Below, piece after piece: positions 55,965 to 64,000 of a stretch of DNA of 64,000 nt. The stretch lies in NCBI GenBank assembly GCA_049975265.1, contig JBNGDF010000001.1:118218-182217 (forward strand), given 5' to 3'. The notes beneath the pieces are model-generated. The model had not been told where the DNA came from. It saw only the letters and a program-made list of their open reading frames with translations, and did not search any database. The translations under genes and the position numbers were made by a program. The stretch's first letter is position 1; each line of letters starts with the position of its first letter. Origin of the DNA: Fidelibacterota bacterium (GTDB lineage Bacteria; Fidelibacterota; UBA2242).

Positions 55965-58784
55965 TTATTTCAGTAGTTTTTTAAGGAATTGACCGGTGTA
56001 GGAATGATCGATCGCGGCGATATTTTCGGGTGTGCCGGTGGCAACAATGGTTCCTCCCTGGTCACCACCTTCGGGTCCCAGATCGATGATATGGTCGGCG
56101 GTTTTAATAACATCGAGGTTATGCTCGATCACGATGATTGTATTACCCTGATCCACCAGGCGATTCAGGACATCGAGCAATATTTTGATATCCTCGAAAT
56201 GCAGACCGGTGGTCGGTTCATCCAGAATATAGAGCGTTTTTCCGGTTCCGACTTTGCTGAGTTCCGTCGCCAATTTGACTCGCTGGGCTTCACCGCCGGA
56301 GAGGGTTGTTGCCTGTTGTCCGAGCTTGAGATAGCCGAGCCCGACGCTATGCAGGGTCTCCAGTTTTTTGCGGAGGCGCGGAATTTTTTCAAAGAATGTC
56401 AGGGCTTCATTGACCGACATATCCAGAACGTCGGCAATGCTTTTACCGCGATATTTAATCTCGAGGGTTTCCCGGTTGTAGCGCTTGCCTTTGCACACCT
56501 CACAGGGCACGTAGACATCGGGCAGAAAGTGCATTTCGATTTTTCGAATGCCATCACCGTTGCAGGCTTCGCAGCGACCGCCACGGACATTAAAAGAGAA
56601 GCGCCCGGCACGGTAGCCGCGAATTTTGGACTCTTTCAGTGAGCTGAACAGCTCCCGGATGATGCCGAAGGTTCCGGTGTAAGTTGCCGGATTGGAGCGG
56701 GGAGTACGTCCGATGGGATTCTGGTTGATATCAATGACCTTGTCAATGTATTCAATTCCGCGAATGGATTCGTATTTCAGCGGGATTTGTGATGATTTGT
56801 AAAAATGCCGGTGCAGGATCGGGTAGAGGGTTTCATTGATTAAGCTACTTTTACCGGACCCGGACACGCCGGTGATGCAGATGAATTTGCCGAGAGGAAA
56901 ATAGACGGTAATGTTTTTCAGATTGTTGCCCTGGGCGCCGCAGAGGCAGAGCTGTTTACCGTTGCCGGACCGCCGGTTTGGAGAATAGTGGATGTACCTT
57001 TTCCCGGATAGGTATTGCCCGGTCAGGGATTGGTCGTTTTGCCGGATGTCATCGGGTGTGCCCTGGGCGACCACATAGCCGCCCGTTTCGCCGGCGCCGG
57101 GCCCCAGGTCGAGAATAAAATCACCCTGTTCGATGGTTTCCCGGTCGTGCTCCACCACCATTACGGTATTCCCGATGTCTCGAAGACGGGTGAGAGTATT
57201 CAGCAGGCGACCGTTGTCGCGCTGGTGCAGACCGATGCTTGGCTCGTCCAGAATATAGAGCACTCCGACAAGTTGGGAGCCAATCTGGGTGGCAAGCCGG
57301 ATGCGCTGGGCTTCGCCTCCGGAAAGGGTCTGGGCGGAGCGGTCGAGGGTCAGATATTCCACACCCACATTGATCAGAAAATCGACCCGTTCGCGGATTT
57401 CTTTCAGAATCTGGTGAGCAATCAATTGTTCACTGGAGCTCAGCTCCAACTCTCTGAAGAATGTTTTTAATCCAGAGACCGGATAGGCGGTCAGTTGGCT
57501 GATCGACAGTCCGCCGACTTTGACTGCCAGACTCTCTTTTTTCAGGCGGGCACCGTTGCAGGTGTGGCAGGGACGTACACTCATAAACTGATTGATCCAG
57601 GTTCGGATTCCGATGGAATTGGTCTGGGTGTACCGGCGTTTTAAATTGTTGATAACACCCTCAAACGGTGCATTATATTGCCCCTGCATACGTTGGGAAT
57701 TATAGTTCACCGTGACAGCATCCCCGGATGTTCCATAGAGAAGCACCTGCTTTGCCTGCTCCGGAAGCCGGTAAAAAGGGGTGATAAAATCGAAATTGTA
57801 TCGTTTTGCAAGCCCTTTTAGAATGGCGGAATACCAGTTGCCCCGGGGCTGCTCACCGAGGGGAATGATGGCTCCTTCCGAGAGACTCTTGCGGTCATCG
57901 GGCACTAGCAGGTCCGGATCGATTTCCATTTGATATCCCAGCCCGTCACAGTCCGGGCAGGCGCCGTACGGGCTGTTGAAAGAGAACATCCGGGGCGAGA
58001 GCTCTTCGTAGCTGATGCCGCAGTCGGGACAGGCAAAGTGTTCGCTGAAGATGTGTTCCGCCTCGCCGTTAACCCAGACGATGATCAGACCTGAGCCGAG
58101 ATTCAGAGCCAGTTCGACGGACTCAGTGAGGCGCTCCTGGATGGAGGAGTTCACAATCAGGCGATCGACGACGACTTCGATATGGTGTTGTTTGTTTTTA
58201 TCAAGCCGGATCGGCTGGTCGATATCAAATATTTTACCGTCGATTCGTACCCGGACAAAGCCCTCCCGGCGAACCTCTTTGAAAATCTCGCGATATTCAC
58301 CCTTGCGACCCCGCACCAGCGGCGCCATGATCATAATCCGGGTATCTTCCGGAAAATTCAGAATAGCATCCACGATCTGCTGCGGTGTCTGTTTCTGGAT
58401 GCGTTTGCCGCAATTGTAGCAGTAGGGAACCCCGATCCGGGCATACAGCAGGCGTAGATGATCGTATATTTCGGTTAATGTCCCGACGGTGCTGCGGGGA
58501 TTGCGGGAGGCTGCCTTTTGCTCAATGGAGATGGTGGGGCTGAGACCCTCGATAAAATCCACATCCGGTTTTTCCATGACACCGAGAAACTGGCGGGCAT
58601 AGGCGGAAAGCGATTCCACGTAGCGCCGCTGTCCCTCGGCGTAGATGGTGTCAAAAGCCAGCGAGGATTTTCCCGAACCCGATAAACCGGTAATGATCAC
58701 CAGTTTATCCCGGGGAATCCTGACATCGATGTTTTTCAGATTGTGCTCACGGGCACCTTTTATAATGATATCGTGACGGCTCAT
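55965..58784 (-). CDS. uvrA: excinuclease ABC subunit A
   Basis: 939 aa; two ABC ATPase halves with Walker [13 protein letters not shown] and [11 protein letters not shown], zinc-finger CxxC pairs, signature LSGGEAQR twice. Confidence 0.95.
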   Translation of the reverse strand: MSRHDIIIKGAREHNLKNIDVRIPRDKLVIITGLSGSGKSSLAFDTIYAEGQRRYVESLSAYARQFLGVMEKPDVDFIEGLSPTISIEQKAASRNPRSTVGTLTEIYDHLRLLYARIGVPYCYNCGKRIQKQTPQQIVDAILNFPEDTRIMIMAPLVRGRKGEYREIFKEVRREGFVRVRIDGKIFDIDQPIRLDKNKQHHIEVVVDRLIVNSSIQERLTESVELALNLGSGLIIVWVNGEAEHIFSEHFACPDCGISYEELSPRMFSFNSPYGACPDCDGLGYQMEIDPDLLVPDDRKSLSEGAIIPLGEQPRGNWYSAILKGLAKRYNFDFITPFYRLPEQAKQVLLYGTSGDAVTVNYNSQRMQGQYNAPFEGVINNLKRRYTQTNSIGIRTWINQFMSVRPCHTCNGARLKKESLAVKVGGLSISQLTAYPVSGLKTFFRELELSSSEQLIAHQILKEIRERVDFLINVGVEYLTLDRSAQTLSGGEAQRIRLATQIGSQLVGVLYILDEPSIGLHQRDNGRLLNTLTRLRDIGNTVMVVEHDRETIEQGDFILDLGPGAGETGGYVVAQGTPDDIRQNDQSLTGQYLSGKRYIHYSPNRRSGNGKQLCLCGAQGNNLKNITVYFPLGKFICITGVSGSGKSSLINETLYPILHRHFYKSSQIPLKYESIRGIEYIDKVIDINQNPIGRTPRSNPATYTGTFGIIRELFSSLKESKIRGYRAGRFSFNVRGGRCEACNGDGIRKIEMHFLPDVYVPCEVCKGKRYNRETLEIKYRGKSIADVLDMSVNEALTFFEKIPRLRKKLETLHSVGLGYLKLGQQATTLSGGEAQRVKLATELSKVGTGKTLYILDEPTTGLHFEDIKILLDVLNRLVDQGNTIIVIEHNLDVIKTADHIIDLGPEGGDQGGTIVATGTPENIAAIDHSYTGQFLKKLLK

Positions 58785-58983
58785 TTATTCATCCTGACAA
58801 TCATGAAAATTACAACTAACACGGCACAACGGAAAGATTTTTTCTCAGGTTCAATATATCATTTCTAAAGAGTTGTGGTTAAATTAGGTGAGTGGATATC
58901 AGACATTTTCAGATGTATCCAAAAATGGTCTAAGAGGATCAAACAAAATAAACCCAGGATAACATTTAGGAAGGAAATAGGAG

Positions 58984-60537
58984 ATGAGACCGGTTGCATT
59001 AATTATTCGGGATGGCTGGGGCTATAGTGAAAATCCCAAAGGGAATGCCGTAATGGCAGCCAAAACACCCAATATCGATTCCTATAAAAATAAATACCCC
59101 TGGACATTGCTGGAATGTTCCGGAGAAGCGGTCGGTTTGCCGGCGGGCTATCAGGGGTCCAGTGAGGTTGGACACCTGAACATCGGCGCCGGGCGAATCG
59201 TTATCCAGGAGTTAAAGCGCATCGATGATGGATTGACCAACGGAACACTTTTTCAATCACCGAAGTGGCACAACCTGATTGAAAATTGGAAATCCAATAA
59301 ATCCCGCCTGCATCTTCTGGGCTTGCTTCAGGACGAGGGCGTTCATGCGCACCAGGAGCATCTTTTTAAAATTATGAGGCAGGCGCGGGAAGAGTACCCC
59401 GAAGGCGAGATTATTATTCATCCCTTTCTGGACGGGCGGGACACGCCTCCCCGCAGTACACTGGAATATATTGCCAAATTGAATCGGGTGATGCAGGATG
59501 TCGGGAATTGCCGGATCGGTACGCTGATGGGGCGCTACTATGGGATGGACCGCTCCCGCAACTGGAAATTAACCGATATCGCTTATCACTGCATTGTCAA
59601 TGCCGATGGGCGCCGGGCGGAAAGTGCCGAAGAAGCCGTCAAGGAATCCTATGAAAAGGATCAGACACCCGACCATGTGGATATGTTTGATGAGTATATT
59701 CCACCCTACGTCATCGGCTCCTACGACGGGGTCCATGACGGCGATTCCGTTATGCATACCAATTATCGCCAGGACCGCGCGATTCAGCTAAGCATGGCAT
59801 TTGTCGATCCAAAATACCCCGGACAGCTCCAGCGCCGACCGCAGATCGTCTATGTCGGCTTCACCCAGTACTACGATGAATTTGATAATTATCTGCTGGG
59901 TTCTATGAGCTCCGGCGGTGGTATGAAGAATCTTCTCGGTGAGGTGATTTCAAAAGCCGGTCTGAGGCAGCTGCGTATCGCGGAAACCCAGAAATTTCGA
60001 CACGTCACCAGTTTTTTCAACGGCAAATCCACCACCCCCTTTCCCAACGAGGATCAGGTGGATATTCCCAGCCGTTTTGATCCGGCGAGCTTTGCCAGCC
60101 AACCGGAGATGGATGCCTACAACGTCACGGCGGAGGTGTTGAAACGGCTCGAACACAATCCGTATCATTTTATTGTTATTAACTATGCCAATGGTGATAT
60201 GGTAGGACATACGGGTAATTTTGACGCCGCCCGCAAGGCGATTGAAATTGTCGATGAAAACGTCGGCAGAGTCGTTCAACGGCTGCTGGAGCTCGATGCC
60301 CATGTCCTGATCACCGCCGATCATGGCAATTCTGAGCAGATGGTGGATTACGAAACCGGTATGGTAAAAACAAGCCACACCCTGAATCCGGTGGAGCTGA
60401 TCTATATGGCGAAAGATTCTCCGGGAACGAAACTAATCGAGAGAGGCAAACTCTCCGATATTGCCCCGACTGTTCTGCGGCTCATGGGTTTACAGATTCC
60501 CCCGGAAATGACGGCGGATGTTTTATTGAAAAAATAG
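58984..60537 (+). CDS. gpmI: 2,3-bisphosphoglycerate-independent phosphoglycerate mutase
   Basis: iPGM blocks LIIRDGWG, SEVGHLNIGAGR (phospho-Ser), DGRDTPP, ADHGN; 517 aa. Confidence 0.95.
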   Translation: MRPVALIIRDGWGYSENPKGNAVMAAKTPNIDSYKNKYPWTLLECSGEAVGLPAGYQGSSEVGHLNIGAGRIVIQELKRIDDGLTNGTLFQSPKWHNLIENWKSNKSRLHLLGLLQDEGVHAHQEHLFKIMRQAREEYPEGEIIIHPFLDGRDTPPRSTLEYIAKLNRVMQDVGNCRIGTLMGRYYGMDRSRNWKLTDIAYHCIVNADGRRAESAEEAVKESYEKDQTPDHVDMFDEYIPPYVIGSYDGVHDGDSVMHTNYRQDRAIQLSMAFVDPKYPGQLQRRPQIVYVGFTQYYDEFDNYLLGSMSSGGGMKNLLGEVISKAGLRQLRIAETQKFRHVTSFFNGKSTTPFPNEDQVDIPSRFDPASFASQPEMDAYNVTAEVLKRLEHNPYHFIVINYANGDMVGHTGNFDAARKAIEIVDENVGRVVQRLLELDAHVLITADHGNSEQMVDYETGMVKTSHTLNPVELIYMAKDSPGTKLIERGKLSDIAPTVLRLMGLQIPPEMTADVLLKK

Positions 60538-60569
60538 TCCGTTTCTGAAAGAATGGCGGAGTAACGGAT

Positions 60570-61181
60570 TTAATGGTCCTTCAACGGGCTCCAGACCTTC
60601 CAGACATTACCGACTAGATCGGGTCCCGGTTTCAAAACCTTTTTACCCGGCGTCCAGCCAGCAGGACAAACCTCTTTGCCCTTGGAAGCGCGGACATGCT
60701 GAAATGCCTGAATCTGGCGAATCGTCTCACCCAGTTGACGACCGACGGGAGGAGTCATGACCTCCATCACCTGAATGATACCATCCGGATCAATAATAAA
60801 CCGACCCCGTAGTTCGACGCCGGCATTCTCATCGTAGACGCCATATATTTTACCAACGTTGCCGGCTCCGTCGGATACCATGTGAAAAGGGACATCCTTT
60901 TCAGCCATTTTGGACAGTTCCTGCTCGTTCCAGACTTTGTGAACAAATTGGCTGTCAACGCTAACCGAGATAACCTCGACACCCAATTCCTGTAATGTTT
61001 GATAATTGGCAGCGACCGCTGACACTTCGGTCGCTCAGACAAAGGTGAAGTCGCCGGGATAAAAACAGAGCATTACCCATTGACCTAGAAAATCGGATAA
61101 TTTGATGCTGGTAAAAGAACCCCGATAATAGGCGGGCGCCTGAAAATCGGGAGCCTTGGTACCAACTTTGATTGAAGACAT
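60570..61181 (-). CDS. peroxiredoxin (AhpC/TSA 2-Cys type) with in-frame TGA at the peroxidatic-Cys position: candidate selenocysteine peroxiredoxin
   Basis: Track ORFs 61035..61283 and 60570..61025 share one frame split only by TGA 61035..61037: ...LCFYPGDFTFV-[TGA]-ATEVSAVAANYQTLQELGVEVISVSVDSQF vs canonical FYPLDFTFVCPTEI...GVSVDSQF; start ATG 61181 with GAGGAG 7 nt upstream. Confidence 0.55.
61012..61034 (-). promoter_or_regulatory. SECIS-like hairpin immediately 3' of the in-frame UGA
   Basis: mRNA UGA-GCGACCG-AAGUGUCAG-CGGUCGC: perfect 7-bp stem, 9-nt loop, followed by a second hairpin CCAAUU-N15-AAUUGG. Confidence 0.35.
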
Positions 61182-61387
61182 TTTCGGCTCCTCGTGTGAA
61201 ATATGTTCGGGTTTACTTTCAGTGGGCGGTTCACCAACAGTGGCACCTGTCGGACGAGCACAGCCCACAGCTTCTTCTGACATGATTGGATTCCTTCCGT
61301 TTGTTACGTTTTACTCCTGCCATTCTTCCAGAATTCTTCGGGCTGTCATTATTATACAAAGTAAATCGTTGAATTCCAAGTCCTATT

Positions 61388-62206
61388 CTACCGGTTGCCG
61401 GTATTGCGGTATTTTGTGAAGTACAGCAGATGATATTCCAGGGCATTTGTCCAGTAATCCCAGTTGTGCTTTCCGGGGCGCTCAATATAGTCATGGGGAA
61501 TGCCCAGTTCGATCAATTTTGTGTGTACGGTGCGATTGATTGCGATGGTGAAATCATTAATTCCGCAATCCAGCAGAATCCCCTTGTTCAATCCGACGAG
61601 GTTTTCAAGTAGGGAAATACATGAATTTTGTTGCCAAAACTTGGGATTGGATTCCGGGTCTCCGAGCAGCCGGATGAGACCGTATTTTTTACTGGAATGA
61701 GAGAGCGCCAGGGCACCACTCATGCTGCCGGCGGCTGCATACAGGTCGGGATGTTTTGCCAGCAGACTGAGGGCACCATATCCGCCCATGCTCAGACCGC
61801 AGATGAAGCGCCCCTCCGGTCCGGCGATTGTCCGGTAGTGTTTGTCAATATAGCCAATAACCTCTTGAGAGATATAAGTCTCGTACTGTGAGTTTTTATC
61901 CAGAGGGCTGTCGAGATACCAGCCGTCATAGCCACCATCGGGGCAGACGATGATGAGCTGATACCGTTCCACCAGCGGGCGCAGGTCCATGTGCAGCGAC
62001 CAGTCCCGGAATGAGCCACTCCACCCGTGTAGCAGATAGAGAACCGGTAGAGCCGTTTTGTTTTGATGATAGGAATCGGGAATGACAATCACCGCCCTGG
62101 GCGCCTTCTCCATGGATTCGCTTTTGATAACGACAGTATCCAGCGATGCAGCCAGCAGCTGCCGGACGAGAAACAGAGCTAAAAGGAGATATTTTATCAT
62201 TTTCAT
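61388..62206 (-). CDS. secreted esterase family alpha/beta hydrolase (esterase D / enterochelin-esterase-like)
   Basis: Signal peptide MKMIKYLLLALFLVRQLLAAS (ATG start rather than the TTG at 62233 used by the ORF track; my hand count of the plus strand near 62204-62225 disagrees with the track translation by one base, so the ATG coordinate is +/-1 nt), nucleophile elbow GLSMGGYGAL, HGWSGS oxyanion region. Confidence 0.7.
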   Translation of the reverse strand: MKMIKYLLLALFLVRQLLAASLDTVVIKSESMEKAPRAVIVIPDSYHQNKTALPVLYLLHGWSGSFRDWSLHMDLRPLVERYQLIIVCPDGGYDGWYLDSPLDKNSQYETYISQEVIGYIDKHYRTIAGPEGRFICGLSMGGYGALSLLAKHPDLYAAAGSMSGALALSHSSKKYGLIRLLGDPESNPKFWQQNSCISLLENLVGLNKGILLDCGINDFTIAINRTVHTKLIELGIPHDYIERPGKHNWDYWTNALEYHLLYFTKYRNTGNR

Positions 62207-62237
62207 GGGGCGACCTTTCGAATATGCAGACAATTTT

Positions 62238-62263
62238 TTATGCTGATACCCTGATCAGCATAA
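62238..62263. promoter_or_regulatory. 10-bp perfect inverted repeat (candidate transcription-factor operator) in divergent esterase / TolB-like promoter region
   Basis: TTATGCTGAT-ACCCTG-ATCAGCATAA; no U-run on either strand so not terminator-like. Confidence 0.35.
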
Positions 62264-62365
62264 ATCAGTGGTAAAGTTAAAAAATTTTTACCATTTTGCG
62301 ATAAATCATGTGCAAATTGGATTAATAATTTTAACTTACTAACTGAAAAGAAGGAGATCATCATA

Positions 62366-63301
62366 ATGAAACGAGACATTTTATTTGGACTTTTATTCCT
62401 GCTGCCGGTGTTTGGGCTGCAGGCTCAGAGGATCGACGTCACCGGGACGGTTATCATCCCCACGGAAGAGAGCCGGTATATGGCACCGCAATTCAGTCCC
62501 GACGGTGACAAAATCCTTTTTACGGAATTCGGCTATAAGGGTTTATGGCTTTATGATTTGAAACACAAAGCGCTGACCCAGATCAACGCCTATGCCGGTG
62601 CGGGCTATGAACCGGCATTCACGGAGGACGGAAAGAAGGTCGTCTTTCGGGTGGATGAATACCGAAAGATGCGACGATATACCGCTCTGGCAGTTCAGAC
62701 CCTTGGCGATCAGCAGGTAAAATATCTGAGTGAAAAGACCCGCCACCTGTCGCCGGTGCTTCACCTTGAGCCAAACCGGGTATTGGCGGTAGCGGAAAAG
62801 CGTATCCAGGCATACAGTCTTGAGCTAGCAAAACCGGTTCAGTCGGTTAAAAGTCATGCACCGCTTGTATACATTGAGGATCAGAATATAGCCCTGTTTC
62901 AGAATGGCGAGTTAAGGCTTCTGGCGCCTCTTGGCAAGGGCAATTATATTTGGCCTTCATTGTCGCCGGATCACAACCGGATTCTGTTCACGATTGCTGG
63001 TCGGGGAAGTTATATATCCGATCTGGATGGAAAGATAATAGCGGAATTGGGAGTCGCCCGTGCTCCCCGCTGGTCGCCCGATGGGAAATGGGTGGTCTGC
63101 ATGGTGGATGAGGATGACGGACATGTAATCACGGCATCAGACCTCTGGGTTGTCGGTGCCGCTGGCGCGCCACGAATCCGGTTGACCCACACCACTAACC
63201 GTATCGAGATGCACCCCAACTGGTCGCCGGATATGAGCAAAATTGCCTTCGATACAGAAGATGGTCAAATCGGCTATCTGACAATTGAAATTATCAATTA
63301 A
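62366..63301 (+). CDS. secreted TolB-like beta-propeller (PD40/WD40-like repeat) protein
   Basis: Signal peptide LFGLLFLLPVFGLQAQ; repeated PxFSPDG / PSLSPDH / PRWSPDG / PNWSPDM units typical of PD40 blades; AAGGAG RBS. Confidence 0.6.
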   Translation: MKRDILFGLLFLLPVFGLQAQRIDVTGTVIIPTEESRYMAPQFSPDGDKILFTEFGYKGLWLYDLKHKALTQINAYAGAGYEPAFTEDGKKVVFRVDEYRKMRRYTALAVQTLGDQQVKYLSEKTRHLSPVLHLEPNRVLAVAEKRIQAYSLELAKPVQSVKSHAPLVYIEDQNIALFQNGELRLLAPLGKGNYIWPSLSPDHNRILFTIAGRGSYISDLDGKIIAELGVARAPRWSPDGKWVVCMVDEDDGHVITASDLWVVGAAGAPRIRLTHTTNRIEMHPNWSPDMSKIAFDTEDGQIGYLTIEIIN

Positions 63302-63311
63302 CGGGGTGGTG

Positions 63312-64000
63312 ATGAAGAAAAAGATATATTTTTTGTCGATAGTGGCTTTTTTCGTGACCTCTGGATTGGGGCAGGATTTAAGCGGTCTAAAATTTTGTTT
63401 TGATCCGGGTCATGGTGGTCATGAGTCCGATGATCGCCATATGGTATTTGCCGATTTCTGGGAATCGGAATCCAATCTCAGCAAGGCATTTCAGGTAAAG
63501 GAGATTTTTGAAAATCTGGGGGCGACGGTTATTTTAACCCGTTATGCCAACAATGATGATGTGGCAGATGACCCCAGTCTCTCCGAGCGGGCGGCGATTG
63601 CCAATGCGAATAACGTGGATTTTTTTCACTCCATTCACAGCAATGGCTGGAACGGTGAGCGAAACAGCACTTTGATATTGTATCCGGGACCGAGAAACGA
63701 TCCCCGGATCAACGGACTGTCCGGCTATCCCTCCTGTCCCATCGAATTGATCTGTGCCAATGAAATGGCAGAGCAGGTTTACTCTTCGAACCGAACCACC
63801 GGCTGGACCACTGATGGGGACTGGACGTTTTATGGAACCGGACAGCCCTATCTGGGAGTTTTTAGAACGCTAAAACTACCGGGGGTCTTATCAGAGGGTT
63901 CTTTTCATGATTATCCGCCGGAGACCTGGCGATTGAAAAACAGTTCTTACCACCGCAACGAAGCCTATGCCTTTGCCAGAACATATCTGCAGCTGTTTGA
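63312..64000 (+). CDS. N-acetylmuramoyl-L-alanine amidase (Amidase_3 family), 3'-truncated at window end
   Basis: Signal peptide; zinc-ligand blocks FDPGHGGHE and FFHSIHSNG, EGSFHD; no stop before 64000. Confidence 0.8.
   Translation, partial: MKKKIYFLSIVAFFVTSGLGQDLSGLKFCFDPGHGGHESDDRHMVFADFWESESNLSKAFQVKEIFENLGATVILTRYANNDDVADDPSLSERAAIANANNVDFFHSIHSNGWNGERNSTLILYPGPRNDPRINGLSGYPSCPIELICANEMAEQVYSSNRTTGWTTDGDWTFYGTGQPYLGVFRTLKLPGVLSEGSFHDYPPETWRLKNSSYHRNEAYAFARTYLQLF

Noticed and set aside
60570-61283. Annotating the split peroxiredoxin as a pseudogene or as two separate small CDSs
   Set aside because: The only lesion is one TGA exactly at the catalytic Cys codon with an adjacent hairpin; everything else (RBS, frame, resolving Cys, length) is intact, which fits selenocysteine recoding better than decay.
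61035-61283. Long N-terminal extension (MSEEAVGCARPTGATVGEPPTESKPEHISHEEPK) of the peroxiredoxin from the track ORF start
   Set aside because: The internal ATG at 61181 has a strong GAGGAG RBS and yields a canonical Prx N-terminus; the extension has no RBS and no homology to Prx.
1-64000. CRISPR arrays, transposases/integrases, rRNA or tRNA genes
   Set aside because: No regularly spaced direct repeats, no recombinase-like ORFs and no intergenic stretch with recognisable tRNA/rRNA character were seen; tRNAs cannot be fully excluded without a cloverleaf search.

Overview
This is a roughly 64 kb chromosomal segment of about 50% GC, densely packed with about 55 protein-coding genes in tightly coupled operons, many with 4-nt ATGA/overlapping junctions. 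Most genes are housekeeping or cell-envelope functions. Two proteins end in type-IX-secretion (T9SS/Por) C-terminal sorting domains, which with the gene content points to a T9SS-bearing member of the Bacteroidota/FCB group. I recognised no rRNA, tRNA, CRISPR array, transposase or integrase. A truncated ferredoxin gene runs off the 5' edge and an N-acetylmuramoyl-L-alanine amidase gene runs off the 3' edge. The findings list carries further lower-interest observations on conserved clusters, a GroES-like protein and internal repeats in a DUF4097 gene. The items most worth a second look are: (1) a peroxiredoxin gene split by a single in-frame TGA exactly at the peroxidatic Cys codon, with a hairpin immediately downstream, i.e. 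a probable selenocysteine peroxiredoxin rather than a pseudogene; (2) a parA-parB-M23 peptidase-bactofilin operon; (3) a divergent GlnE-like tandem nucleotidyltransferase directly after a korDABC 2-oxoacid:ferredoxin oxidoreductase operon; (4) an ECF sigma / zinc-finger anti-sigma (HEAT-repeat) / two DUF4097 operon beside a T9SS subtilase; (5) a CPA2 cation:proton antiporter fused to a PTS EIIA(Ntr) domain; (6) a B12-binding radical SAM + DUF4416 pair; (7) a probable frameshift at an A5 run in a membrane-anchored TPR protein; and (8) two orphan hairpin terminators bracketing a possible small transcript between uvrA and an M24 peptidase.
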